Position numbers and translations under genes: made by a program
Source of the DNA: Chiloscyllium plagiosum
Lineage: Eukaryota
Length of the DNA stretch: 60,256 bases
Direction of reading: 5' to 3'
NCBI RefSeq assembly: GCF_004010195.1
Contig: NC_057735.1
Location: forward strand, 11,154,420-11,214,675
Shown here: positions 26,143 through 39,500 of the stretch, one piece after another
How the letters are laid out: the number at the start of each line of letters is the position of its first letter
Position numbering within the stretch: the first letter of the stretch is position 1
Notes under the pieces: model-generated
Databases searched by the model: none
What the model was told of the DNA's origin: nothing
Seen by the model: only the letters and a program-made list of their open reading frames with translations

Positions 26143-26834
26143 CATAGTTCCCCACAAAGAAGATTGAAAATATATCATTCAGAGCCATTACCATTTCGCA
26201 TCAAAAATTACTTTGAAAAACCTTATGTTTGCATTTTGTTTATGATAATAATGTAATGACATTAAAACATACAATGAGTTTAATGATAACCTTTTGTTTT
26301 AAATATAATTCCACTTGAATTACAGAAATTGTGTTTTTTGTATGTGTTTTGATAAACTATCCATTATAATAATGTTTATGCAGACACATGAATGATTTTT
26401 AAATTGCATGACCATAAAATTAAACTCCACAGAAATAACCATAATTTTTTGTCCAAACTTTTTGTCCCAATCCAAGTAATCAAAAAGTTTAGGGTCCATA
26501 TAGTTACAGGATTCAAATGCAATCAGGGATGAATGGGAAAGTGAAATTCAGAACACAGCCAGATCAGCCATGACCTTCTCAATGGGCTGAGGGTCTCACT
26601 TCTGCCTTATCGTTCCAGATTGTACTCCCCAACACAGAACATCGAACATTCCAGTCCAGTACAGGCCCTTCAACCCTCGATGTTGTGCCAACTGAATATC
26701 TAACATATATGGTCATATATTTGTTACAGATATAGTGCAGTTTCCCCTGTTAACAGGGGCACAACATATTGAGTTATATTTATTTGTATTAAGAATTTCA
26801 TTCTTGTTCAATTTCTGAAACATTATTTTCCCAG

Positions 26835-27153
26835 CTTCATCATATCTGTGGACAAACAAGAAAGTAACAGGAATTGTGGGAAGATCAATCACAATAAATT
26901 GTCAATACAACTCACTGTTCAAGCCCAACATGAAATACTGGTGTCATGGTTGGTCTATACATTGCTCATATTTGGTGAGAAAACTGATCCAGGTGGACAG
27001 CGAGGAAGAATATCAATCAAGGATTACAAGGCACAAGGAGTATTTGTTGTGACCATGGAGGATCTTCGCAGGGAAGATGCAGGATGGTACAGCTGGGTAT
27101 TGATAAACAAGATAGTGATAATTTACGTGCTGTAAAGCTTGAAGTATCTGATG
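26835..27153 (+). pseudogene. Gene B divergent V-set Ig exon with two frameshifts
   Basis: ASSYLWTNKKVTGIVGRSITINCQY..MKYWCHGWSIHC / RISIKDYKAQGVFVVTMEDLRREDAGWYS[C]GI; 319 nt, not a multiple of 3; no downstream exons found. Confidence 0.85.
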
Positions 27154-27274
27154 GTACATTTCTCATTGATTTCCTTGATTAATCTCTACTGAAATGTCTG
27201 ATCAATGTTTTATATGGGAGGAACCATGAACGCTCCAATATCCCAAGGTGCCCCAGCAATGTCGATACTTGTTG

Positions 27275-27850
27275 GTAGGAACATAGGAACAGGAAGAGGC
27301 CATTCAGGCTATTGAGCCTGCCTCACACTTTACTATGATTATGGCTGATTGAACACTTCAATATATTCAGCCATACTTAACTCCTCCTCCTATTAATGAT
27401 CAAAAATGTATCACCATCTACTTTAAGTATACAACAAAAGATCTGGTGAACCTATGATGCACTCCTTCAATGGCAGTTTTATCTTTTCAGAGATCAAGTG
27501 ATCAAAAGTGCAAAAAATACTTCAGGTGTGGTCTAACCAAGATCCTACGCAACATCTGAAGCATCAATTCTCAATTCTTGCCCTCAAATCCTTTTGTATT
27601 AATGTTGATAATCTATTAGCCTTCCTAATAACTTGCTGCACTAGCATGTTAACCTTCAGTATCTGATAGACAAGAGCATCCAAGTGTCTTTGCACATCAG
27701 TACTTTCCAACATCTCACCATTTGAAGAAGACACTGCACATCAGTTCTTGCGACCAAAGTGGATAACTTCTCATTTCTCCACACCATATTGCATCGACCA
27801 AAGTCCTGCCCAATCGTTAAGTGTATCCAAATCCTCCTCGTTTTATATCT
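27275..27850 (-). mobile_element. Degenerate CR1-type fragment at the inversion junction
   Basis: aggaacataggaacaggaagaggccattcag 3' end and decayed RT sequence. Confidence 0.6.
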
Positions 27851-28012
27851 TTCTCACAACACATAATCCTGTCTTTGAATATACTTCTGTAATCCAGCGC
27901 AGACTCAAAGCGTATGGTGCTGGAAAAGCACAACCGTGTCAAAAGACAATGAACATCAAAACATGCAACAAGTGTGGAAACTTGCTTTTTGGATCTCAAC
28001 TTCTCAAAAATG

Positions 28013-28360
28013 GACAGCACAGTGTCTCAGTGGTTAGCACTGCTGCCTCACAGCCCCCGTGACCTGGGTTCAGTTCAAACCTTGGGTGACTGTGTGCAGT
28101 TTGTAAGTTCTCCCTGAGTCTGCCTGGGTTTCCTCCAAGTGTTTTCTCCCACTGTCCAGCAATGTGCAGGTTCAGCAGAATGGTCATGCTAACTTGCCCA
28201 GAGAGTCCAGGGATGTACAGGCTTGGTGGGTTAGCCATGGGAAATGTGTGGTTATGGGAACAGAGTGGGGTTCTGGGTCTGGTGGGATGGTCTTCAGATG
28301 GGTGGAGCAGACCAGATGGGCCAAATAGCCCCTTACTGCACTGTTGGGATTCTATAATTC
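28013..28360 (+). mobile_element. HE1-like SINE (duplicated with the unit; copies at 47060-47375 and 52023-52337)
   Basis: CAGTGGTTAGCACTGCTGCCTCACAGC head. Confidence 0.8.
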
Positions 28361-30083
28361 TCAGTTGCATTCCTCATTGACCATGAACCTGTTTGAGGGT
28401 TTAATGGAATTGGTCCAAACTGAATGTGTGTTCATTTACAATGAACCATTCACACACAGCATTCTGCAGACAGAAACATATTTAGAAATAAAGCAATTTA
28501 GGGAAGAAAACTATTTTACCAGATTTAAATTTTAATTCAATAAAATTTTAAAATTATTCAATTCCATTGAAGTTAATTTAGATTGTAATGTTTGGGATAA
28601 AAGTTCACATTGTTTCAGAATGATAGGTGGATTTGCAGCTTTTGAAATACAATGAGCTGAGAAGCACATTCATTTCTTTCAAAGTCTTGCCTTGTCAGTG
28701 TGTTTGCGAATATGGCAAGTTGCATTCACATAGCACCTTTAAAGGTGTAAAGCGAGAGCAGAGAGATGGATGAGTGTAAGTTGGAAGATTCATGGCCAGA
28801 CAGAATGATGTAGGAATGATTGAGTGTGAAACTAACAGCATCATGGATGAGGGCTCTGCTGGACAGGGAGATGGATGGACTCAGTGGCTGAGGAAAGATG
28901 GTTGTGCTGGGATAAAGGCAATGGCTTCATTCTTCAGAATTGTCAGGTGTAATTTTATTGAAGTTGTGAAAATGCAGAGACAAGCACAATCACAGCAGGT
29001 AGGTATGTCAGAGACAGTCCTTAAACTGGATCAATGGGGATGGAGGCATCAACCGTCACTATCAATCCCCAGCCGTATGTCTAGCTGTCTCCTTGGAGAG
29101 GTGAACAACTGCCATTCAGACTCAGGCTCAGCACTCAGTGTCTGCTGGATATGAGCCACTGGCAAGAAGATTCAGGATGTGGAGGGGCTGCTATTGGACT
29201 AGGGTGGACAAAGCTTAAAATCACATGACACCAGGTTATACACCAACAGGTTTATTTGAAAATACAAGCTTTCAGAGCACTACTCCTTTGTCAGGTAGCC
29301 AGTGGGACAGGGTACATAGGACACAGCATCTATAAGTAAAAGATCAAAGTGTCACACGATGGATGCAATATATTAGAGAACCCTAGATTGCTGTTAGGTC
29401 TGTAATCACATAGAATGGGGATACAGGTTTCGATTGATTAATATGTAAATCCCAGAATTTATCTCAAATCACTGCCCCGATATATCTTAAAATTTTATCA
29501 GTAAATAAAAACGTGCCATCTCAGCTTAGACAATGCATTACTGGTATGAGGTTAGAGTCTGTGCCCAACCTGCAGTCAGACTGGATTTATTTTGAACGTA
29601 GGAATTTATAAAATGTCACATTAACTCACTGCCTATAGACTGTGTGATTTTTGAACAAAATAGAAAGTATCTACAAATACAAATTTGCAAATGCAGTTCA
29701 CCCCATAGACTTATATGTGTATGTGTGTGTGTGTGTGTTTGTGTAGCTTTGGGGGGTGTGGTAAGAGACATACAGGGAAGATGTGTGTATGTGTGTGAGG
29801 GAGAGAGAGAGAGTGCGTGAAAATTCAGGGGAAATGTTGTCATAACCCCATTAGGATGTCCAATGTGTGTATCCTCATCCAAATGTCATTGGCACAACCA
29901 AGGGCCCTTACACATTGCAGACTATCTCCTCACAGACTGTTTGCCATGCAGTGCATTACAGAAATACCAAACCCAAGCAGAACTTTAAAATGTGCTTGTC
30001 TGATTACATTTGCCTCGTTAATGAGACCCTGAGGGTGAACAATGTTGTTGTAAATGATTGCTTTAGGCCATCAATTGTAATGT

Positions 30084-30243
30084 GCTGAAAATGTGTTGCT
30101 GGAACAGCGCATCAGGTCAGGCAGCATCCAGGGAACAGGAGAATCGACGATTTGACTGAGACAAGGTGGGGGGAGGGGAAATGAGGAAACTGGTGAAATC
30201 CGAGTTCATCCCTTGTGGTTGGAGGGTTCCTAGGCGGAAGATG
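30084..30243 (-). mobile_element. Penelope-like fragment with 19-bp TSD
   Basis: aggccatcaattgtaatgt at 30065-30083 and 30244-30262; empty site at 54061. Confidence 0.7.
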
Positions 30244-30317
30244 AGGCCATCAATTGTAATGTTTATTTCTGGATAATGAGTGACCTGTTGTTGAAGTGCA
30301 ATTTGATGCCAGTGGTA

Positions 30318-31869
30318 AAAGATGGATAAATCCCCAGGACCTGATCAGGTGTACCCAAGAACTCTGCGGGAAGCTAGAGAAGTGATTGCTGGGCCTCTTG
30401 CTGAGATATTTGTATCATCGATAGTCACAGGTGAGGTGCCGGAAGACTGAAGGTTGGCAAACGTGGTGCCACTGTTTAAGAAGAGCGGTAAAGACAAGCC
30501 AGGGAACTATAGACCAGTGAGCCTGACCTCAGTGGTGGGCAAGTTGTTGGAGGGAATCCTGAGGGACAGAATGTACAAGTATTTGGAAAGGCAAGGACTG
30601 ATTAGGGATAGTCAACATGGCTTAGTGCGTGGGAAATCTTGTCTCACAAACTTGATTGAGTTTTTTGAAGAAGTAACAAAGAAGATTGATGAAGGGAGAG
30701 ATGTGATCTACATGGACTTCAGTAAGGCGTTCGACAAGGTTCCCCATGGGAGACTGATTAGCAAGGTTAGATCTCATGGAATACAGGGAGAACTAGCCAT
30801 TTGGATACAGAACTGGCTCAAAGGGCGAAGACAGAGGGTGGTGGTGGAGGGTTGTTTTTCACACTGGAGGCTGGTGATCAGTGGAGTGCTACAAGGATCG
30901 GTGCTGGGCCCTCTACTTTTTGTCATTTACATAAATGATTTGGATACGAGCATAAGAGGTACAGTTAGTAAGTTTTCAGATGACACCAAAATTGGAGGTG
31001 TAGTGGACAGCGAAGAGGGTGACCTCAGATTACAATAGGATCTGGACCAGTTGGGCCAATGGGCTGAGAAATGGCAGATGGAGTTTAATTCAGAAAAATG
31101 CGAGGTGCTGCATTTTGGGAAAGCAAATCTTAACAGGACTTATGCACTTTATGGAAAGGTCCTCGGGAGTGTTGCTGAACAAAGAGACCTTGGAGTGCAG
31201 GTTCATAGCTCCTTGAAAGTGGAGTCGCAGGTAGATAGGATAGTGAAGAAGGCATTTGGTATGCTTTTCTTTATTGGAACAGAGTGGGGTTCTGGGTCTG
31301 GAGTACGGGAGTTGGGAGGTCATGTTGCGGCTGTACAGGACATTGGTGAGGTCACTGTTGGAATGTTGCATGCAATTCTGGTCTCCTTCCTATCAGAAAG
31401 ATGTTGTGAAACCTGAAAGGGTTCAGAAAAGATTTACATGGATGTTGCCAGGGTTGGAGGATCTGAGCTACAGGGAGAGGCTGAACAGGCTGGGGCTGTT
31501 TTCACTGGAGCGTCGGAGGCTGAGGGGTGACCTTACAGAGGTTTACAAAATTATGAGGGGCATGGATAGGATAAATAGACAAAGTCTTTTTCCTGGGGTC
31601 GGAGAGGGGAAAGATTTAAAAGACACCTAAGGGGCAACATTTTACACAGAGAGTGGTGTGTGTATGGAATGAGCTGCCAGAGGATGTGGTGGAGGCTGGT
31701 ACAATTGCAACATTTAAGAGGCATTTGGATAGGTATATGAATAGGAAGGGTTTGGAGGGATATGGGCCGGGTGCTGGCAGATGGGACTAGATTGGGTTGG
31801 GATATCTGGTCAGCATGGACAGGTTGGACCGAAGGATCTGTTTCCATGCTGTACATCTCTATGACTCTA
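30318..31869 (+). mobile_element. CR1 LINE, 5'-truncated, young
   Basis: RT ORF 30454..31038 (DFSKAFDKV, QGSVLGPLLF, FSDDTK); tggta repeated at both ends; empty site near 54130. Confidence 0.93.
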
Positions 31870-32435
31870 TGGTAGGACTGAATCAGTGGATGCATGGTGG
31901 ATGTAATTGCCCTGATGATGTTTCAAATGCGTAGAATTTTACTCCATCAACCCCCTCCCCTTCCCCATCCAAAATATGTATGACTGACTACACCCCTACT
32001 CTGCAATTGGGTGCCTGTCATTTTACACAGTTATTGTGCAGCGACTGGGTCAGGATGGGTGAAGTGTCAACTGAGTGTTTTTGTGAGAAAAGCAGAAATA
32101 GCTGGAGAAACACAGCAAGTCTGGCAGTGTCTGTGGAGCGAAAGCAGAGTCACTGTTTTGGGTCCGATGACCATACTTCAGAACTATTAGTAGCTTTGAT
32201 AAGGTGCTCCATATGCTGCAGACACAGGGATTGGGGTGTTTCTGTGAATTAACAGCCAACTCTACCTGTGATGCCTTCCTCTCTTTATTGTTGCTGTCCC
32301 TGTGGATCCAATGATCGTTTGTCACCTCACCATTTCTGTTCATTCTCTCTCTATAGCCATTATGTCCCTAACTTCCCATCAGAGCTATCTCTTTCAGAAT
32401 TGCAAAGCCCTTACTGACCCTAACCATCTCCAATT

Positions 32436-35400
32436 TATTTCAATGTAAGAGGCTTAACAGGGAAGGCAGATGAACTCAGGGCATGGTTAGGAACATGGGA
32501 CTGGGATATCATAGCAATTACAGAAACGTGGCTCAGGGATGGGCAGGACTGGCAGCTTAATGTTCCAGGATACAACTGCTACAGGAAGGACAGAAACGGA
32601 GGCAAGAGAGGAGGGGGAGTGGCGTTTTTGATTAGGGATAGCATTACAGCTGTACTGAGGGAAGATATTCCAGGAAATACATCCAGGGACGTTATTTGGG
32701 TGGAACTGAGAAATAAGAAAGGGATGATCACTTTATTGGGATTGTATTACAGACCCCCTAATAGTCAGAGGGAAATTGAGAAAAAAATTTGTAAGGAGAT
32801 CTCAGTTATCTGTAAGAATAATAGGTGGTTATGGTAGGGGATTTAAACTCTCCAAACGTAGACTGGGACTGCCATGGTGTCAAGGGTTTAGATGGAGAGG
32901 AATTTGTGAAGTGTATACAAGACAATTTTCTGATTCAGTGTGTGGATGTATCTACTAGAGAAGGTGCAAAACTTGACCTACTCTTGGGAAATAAGGCAGG
33001 GCAGGTGACTGAGGTGTCAGTGGAGGAGCACTTTGGGGCCAGTGATCATAATTCTATTAGTTTTAAAATAGTGATGGAAAAGGATAGACCAGATCTAAAA
33101 GTTGAAGTTCTAAGTTGGATAAAGGCTAATTTTGACGGTAGTAGGCAAGAACTTTCAAAAGCTGATTGGGGGCATATGTTCGCAGGTAAAGGACGGTTGG
33201 AAAATGGGAAGCCTGAGGCTCAGTGGTTAGCACTGCTGCCTCACAGCACCATGGTTCCAGATTCGATTCCAGCCTTGGGCGACTGTCTGTGTGGAGTTTG
33301 CACACTCTCCCTGCGTCTGCTTGGGTTTCCTCCGGGTGCTCTCGTTTCCTCCCACAGTCCAAAGATGTGCAGCTTCGGTGAATTGGCCATGCCAAATTGC
33401 CTCTAGTGTTAGGTGCATTAGTCAGGAGTAAATGTAGGAGAATGTGTCTGGGTGGGTTGCTCTTCAGAGGGTCGGTGTGGACTTGTTGGGTCAAAGGGCC
33501 TGTTTCCACACTGTAGGGAATCTAATCTAAATGAGATAACGAGAATCCAGAGAAAGTATATTCCTGTCAGGGTGAAAGGAAAGACTGGTAGGTATAGGGA
33601 ATGCTGGATGACTAAAGAAATTGAGAGTTTTGTTAAAGAAAAGAAGGAAGCACATGTAAGGTAGAGACAGGATAGATCGAGTGAACCCTTAGAAGAATAT
33701 AAAGGCTGTCGGAGTATACTCAAGAGGGAAATCAGGAGGGCAAAAAGGCGACATGAAATAGCTTTGGCAAATAGAGTTAAGAAGAATCCAAAGGGGTTTT
33801 TACAAATACATTAAGGACAAAAGGATAACTAGGGAGAGAATAGGGCCCCTCAAAGATCAGCAAGGCAGCCTTTATGTGGAGCTGCAGGAGATGCGGGAGG
33901 TACTAAATGGTATTTTGCATCTGTATTTACTGTGGAAAAGGACATGGAAGTTATAGATTGTAGGGAAACAGATGGTGACATCTTGGAAAATTCCATATTA
34001 CCAAGAAGGAAGTGCTGGATGTCTTGAAACACCCAAAAGTGAATAAATTCCCAGGACCTGATCAGGTGTTGCCTAGAACTCTATGGGAAGCCAGGGAAGT
34101 GATTGCTGGGCCTCTTACTGAGATATTTGTACCTGGAGGTTGGCTAATATGGTGCCACTGTTTAAGAAAGGTGGTAAAGACAAGCCAGGGAACTATGGAC
34201 CAGTTAGCCTGACACCGGTAGTGGGCAAGTTGTTGGAAGGAATCCTGAGGGACAGGATGTACATGTATTTGGAAAGGCAAGGACTGATTAGGGATCATCA
34301 ACATGGGTTTGTGTGTGGGAAATCATGTCTCATAAACTTGACTGACATATTTGAAGAAGCAACAAAAAGGATTGATGAGGGCAGAGTGGTAGATGTCATC
34401 TATATGGACTTCAGTAAGGCATTCGACAAGGTTCTCCATGGGACACTGGTTAGCAATGTTAGATCTCACAGGATACAGGGAGAACTAGCCATTTGTATAC
34501 AAATCTGGCTCAAAGGTAGAAGACAAAGGGTGGTGGTGGAGGGTTGTTTTTCAGACTGGAGGCCTGTGACCAGTGGAGTGCCACAAGGATTGTAGCTGGG
34601 TCCACTACTTTTCATCATTTATCTCAATGATTTGGATATGAGCCTAAGAGGTATAGTTTATAATTTTGCAGATGGCGCCAAGATTGGAGGTGTATTGGAG
34701 AGCGAAGAAGCTTATCTCAGATTACAACAGGATCTTGATCTGTTGGGCCAATGGGCCGAGAGGTGGCAGATGGAGTTTAATTTAGATAAATGTGAGGACC
34801 TGCATTTTGGGAAAGCAAATCAGAGCAGGACTTATACACTTAATAGTAAGGCCCATAGAGTGTTGCTGAACAAAGAGACCTTGGAGTACGGTTCATGGCT
34901 CCTTGAAAGTGGAGTCGCAGGTAGATAGGATAGTGAAGAAGGCGTTTGGTATGCTTTCCATTATTGGTCAGAGTATTGAGTACAGGAGTTGGGAGGTCAT
35001 GTTGAGGCTGTACAGGACATTGGTTCAGCCACAGTTGGAATATTGCGTGCAATTCTGGTCTCCTTCCTATCAGAAAGATGTTGTGAATCTTGAAAGGGTT
35101 CAGAAAAGATTTACGAGGATGTTGCCAGGGTTGGAGGATTTGAGCTCTCGGGAGAGGTTGAATAGGTTAGGGCTGTTTTTCCTGGAGCATCGGAGGCTGA
35201 GGGTGACCTTATAGAGGTTTACACAATCATGAAGGGCATGGATGGGATAAATAGACAAGGTCTTTTCCCTGGAGTGGGGGAGTCCAGAACTAGATGGCAT
35301 ACGTTTAAGGTGAGAGGGAAAAGATTTAAAAGAGACCTAAGGGGCAACATTTTACACAGAGAGTGGTGCGTGTATGGAATGCGCTGCCAGAGGAAGTGGT

Positions 35401-35541
35401 GGAGGCTAGTACAATTGCAACATTTAAAAGGCACCTGGATGGTTATATGAATAGTAAGGGTTTGGAGGGATATAGGCCAGGTTCTGGCAGGTAGGACTAG
35501 ATTGGGTTTGGATATCTGGTTGGCATGGACGAGTTGGACCG
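32436..35541 (+). mobile_element. CR1 LINE with nearly complete degenerate ORF2 (APE endonuclease and RT)
   Basis: YFNVRGL..ITETWL, YYRPP, GDLN, SDHNSI, then RT motifs; absent from paralog near 54700. Confidence 0.93.
33215..33528 (+). mobile_element. HE1-like SINE nested in CR1
   Basis: SINE head and AATCT tail interrupt CR1 ...gggaagcc / aatgagataac. Confidence 0.88.
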
Positions 35542-36508
35542 CGCTGTACTTCTCTGTACAGCGACCTTGAAATATGCCATTTCCTTTTGCTGTCTGGAGC
35601 CTCCTACGTTCTATGAGACTCCCAGAAAAGGTGATTTGATGCTGCATTTCCTCTTTAGATCAGACTCAGGTTTCTTTGTTTACATAATTTATTAATGTAT
35701 GCATGGGAGCTGTACACGTTGAATAAAAGTTGAATAAATCAATTCTTTCGAATAACAACAAATGTATTTTATTATTTTAACAGATAACAAGGCTCCATTC
35801 AATCAAACTATTACACACTAATTCACTTGTCTCTCTGCCCAACAGCATTTACATTGTCTTTGTCTTCATTCCAGATTAGGATACATGACTATATTATCCA
35901 ATGAGATTTAAAAGAGGGCATGGACAGAGTGAACAGCCAAGATCCTTTTCCTATCTGGGGGTGTCCAGATCTAGAGGGCATAGGTTGAAGGTGAGAGGGA
36001 AAAGATTTCAAAATGACCTGAGGAGTAACTTTTTCACATAGAGGGTGGGTGTGTGTATGAAATGAGCTGCCAGAGGAAGTGGTGGAGGCTGGTCCAATGA
36101 CAGCATTTAACAGCATGAGGTCATCATGGAGAGAGATGAGGCAGGACCAGAGTAGGCCATTCAGCCCCTCGAGGCTCCTTCAGCATTCACCTGGATCAGA
36201 GCAGATTTTCCATCTGAATACCATGTTTTCTTGCAATACCCCCCCCCCATGTCCCTCCATATCTTTATTACCCAGAACATTATTGATCACTGTTTTGCAT
36301 ATACTCAAGGCTGGAGCCTCCAGAGCTCTCTGGGGCAGAGAATTCCAACAAACCATCACCCTCTGAGTGAAGAAATTCCTGCTCATCTCAGTCAACCCAT
36401 TCTTCTCAAACTGTGTCACCTGCTTCAAAACCCCTCCACTCAGGGCCACCTCATTGATGGGGAACTTAGAGTGCTCAAAATCATTCGTGTAAAGGCCATG
36501 ATGCTCAC

Positions 36509-36599
36509 CTAATGTTTTCGTGTAAACATTGTGACTGAAACAGAACAAATCACCAGGAGAGTGAAGAGTACCCAGCGTATCACATCCCAGGCAACGCAA
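36509..36599 (-). CDS. Gene C exon 5, transmembrane exon ending in TAG
   Basis: Polypyrimidine tract plus acacag; SCVAWDVIRWVLFTLLVICSVSVTMFTRKH*; conserved in three copies. Confidence 0.85.
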
Positions 36600-39500
36600 C
36601 TGTGTAAAACAGAAGAAATACAAAATAATTTGAAGGAAACAAGACTGCTTGATGTTTCAAACAGTTATCCCATGTTTACACTGCAGTATATTGTAGCAAG
36701 GTAATGCAGCACAGCTCAGGGAGTTACGTAGGAAAATTAAATAACAGTTTAATTTATGAATGACTGAAACAATATATAAAAGCCAAATGTAACAAGTTTC
36801 AGTCCTGTCATGCTCAGCATTTTGTTGTCAATGAGGATTATTAGATGTGGATGGATAGTTACAGGAGCACTGCAGTCTGGTGCGATATTCCAGTGGATGA
36901 GATGTCTCTTCAGTGAGTGAGGAACTCAGGATATTATCATCCCACACTGTTCCTGCACCTGCTAACAGGCAAGGCTTAACCAGCTGGAACCAGACAGCCT
37001 CCCACCCTCTCAGTTTGGGAATAATGTTTAACATGAGAGAGAACGGAGGAGGAGAAGATGACAGAGAATGTCGTGTCCCTGGCAGTGATACTCCAGATGC
37101 CCTGGCTCAACAACATGTCACTTCTTTGACATATACAACACTGTGAGCTTAGATGAATAATGAAGCATTTAAATTGGGATGTGGCAGACAGAGAATTGGC
37201 ATTTCTTGTTATGAATGTCCAATAACTTAAATAACAACATTGTAAATGTTACGACCTGGAAATTGAACCCCTTTGCTAATTAAACCTAAAATTAAAACAC
37301 TCAGAAAATCTCGCCTTCAGCTCACCAATAAGGAAGCGCACATAATGACATTGCATGAAATCAGTGACCATTGACATTCTGATAAGTTATCACCTAAAAT
37401 TGAAACTTATTGCAAGCCTATGCTAAGTCACTTATTCTCACTGGAATCAATGCTAATGGAAACATTGACAATGAAATTTTTCTACCTTTTCCTGACAGAC
37501 TTGGGTCCTGCCGATGTTCCTGTTGCTGTTGGTGATATTGTTGGTGAAGTTGTTGGTGATATTGTTGTGAATGTTGTTGATGATTTTATTGAGGATTTGT
37601 CACAAGTATATTCCCTTCCTATTGAGACATAAGGTAATATTCAGCTTCATCTGAGTCTCAGTTACAGACAACCAAGAGAGCACTCTTCACCAATGGAACC
37701 TCAGGACTTGTTGTGAATAATGGATTTTGTTGAATTCATTTGTCTCTAACTCCCCCTGTCTGGAGAGATGTGGTAGTGACCTAGTTTGCATGTAATTTGT
37801 ATTTTGTTCCTCACCCGGACTTTGGCGCTACTGTATTTTTATTAAAGCATTTGAAAGCCTGAGGTTGGGTGGGACTATATTACTAAGATCACCTTTCTCA
37901 TCCTTGTCAAACATAAACGAAAGTTCCAGCCACTGAGCTGGTCACTGCTCCCGCTGGACAATGTATTTCTGGGGGATCCAGCAGCCCCTGCTCTGTCCTG
38001 TAATATTCTGTGATTGCTGGGTGAGCTTCCACTGTGACTTTTGCCTCCACTATTGTATTTAGACTCAATGATGTAATCTTTACGTTAGCTCCTGTTACAT
38101 GAGAACAAGGCGTGGATTTTGTAGTACTGAGAAATCAACAGATATTTATACCAGCATCTGGCGAAACATATCTCACAACCACAGACACTTCAGATCTGGG
38201 CTGAAACTGAGGTATTCAATTACAAACAGTAACACCCGTCCATCAGTATGTCATGCCTGATGTGACCCTGACTAAGATGGAGTCTGACACCATTATCCCC
38301 TCAGGTCACATGCTACGATACAGTGATGACTTTATCTATTAAAGGTATAACACACACAAGCTGTGAGATGTAACACAAAGCTGGAGTGAAGCACGCATGC
38401 ATTTTCTGAAGCTTTATTACAATCTTGTCCATTCTCATAAATAAGTTAACACCTTGTTCAAATTTGTTCAATATCATAGAGACATAATGTGATGAGGTAC
38501 AGTTATTTGTCAGTATGAAAGAAACTTAACCAATGAGCAGTTTGATTAAACATTGAATGAATGTGTCAGCCTCAGTGTTTGTATAAAACTTACCGATGCT
38601 GCTGATTTATATCATGGAACTACAGCCCCTCTCTGCTACACTGGGAACTCAGACATGAACCATTTCACTGGGTTTTGTTCCCTGAGTATTTGAGGCTGTG
38701 CAGTAATATTGATGATGTTGCCGTGTGAAGGATTGACAATGTCGAACCAGTTTATTGGTGTCAGAGATCTTTGAATCTTGAGATGGGGTCTTCTCAGACC
38801 ATGTGTAATGAATGGGGAGGGATCCCTGGACAAACTCACAGGAGACTGTCACTGAACCCCCAGAAATGAGACATTTGATTGGGATTAAAATTGAAGTCCA
38901 GAAACAGAGATGGCTTCATTGGGAAATAAACATTTGTTACAAAACTGACTATAATTGAAAAACCAACAACCCACAACACTTTGCCCTTCACTATCCCATT
39001 CAGTGTCATAGACACATATGGCACAGAAATAGACCCTTCAGTTTAATATGTCTGTGCTGAAAAAGTTTCTCAAATAAACCAGTCCCACTTGCTTGCATTT
39101 GGCACATTTCCCTCCAAATCTTTCTTATTTATGTACTGATCCAAATGTCTTTTTGATGTTGCAACTGCCCCTTCATCTCCCATGTCCTCTGGCATTTCAT
39201 TCCACATATAAAACACCCTCTGCGTGAAAATATTGTCCCTCAGATTCCTTTCAGATCTGTCTCCTCTCACCGAGAAAACATGACCCCTCACATTGTACTC
39301 TCTCAGCCTCGTGAAAGAAACCTTTGCTAAACACCTTATCTAGACCCCTCATGATTTTATAAACCTCGATAATGTCCCCTCCCAACCTCCTTTGCTCCAG
39401 GGGAAAAAGTCCCAGCCTATCCTTATCACTCAAACCCTCCAATCACAGCAACATCTTAGTAGATCTTTTCTGAAACCTCTTCAATTTAATCATAACCTTC

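Noticed and set aside
30454-35214. Active reverse transcriptase gene
   Set aside because: CR1 ORF2 copies are broken by stops, frameshifts, deletions and a SINE
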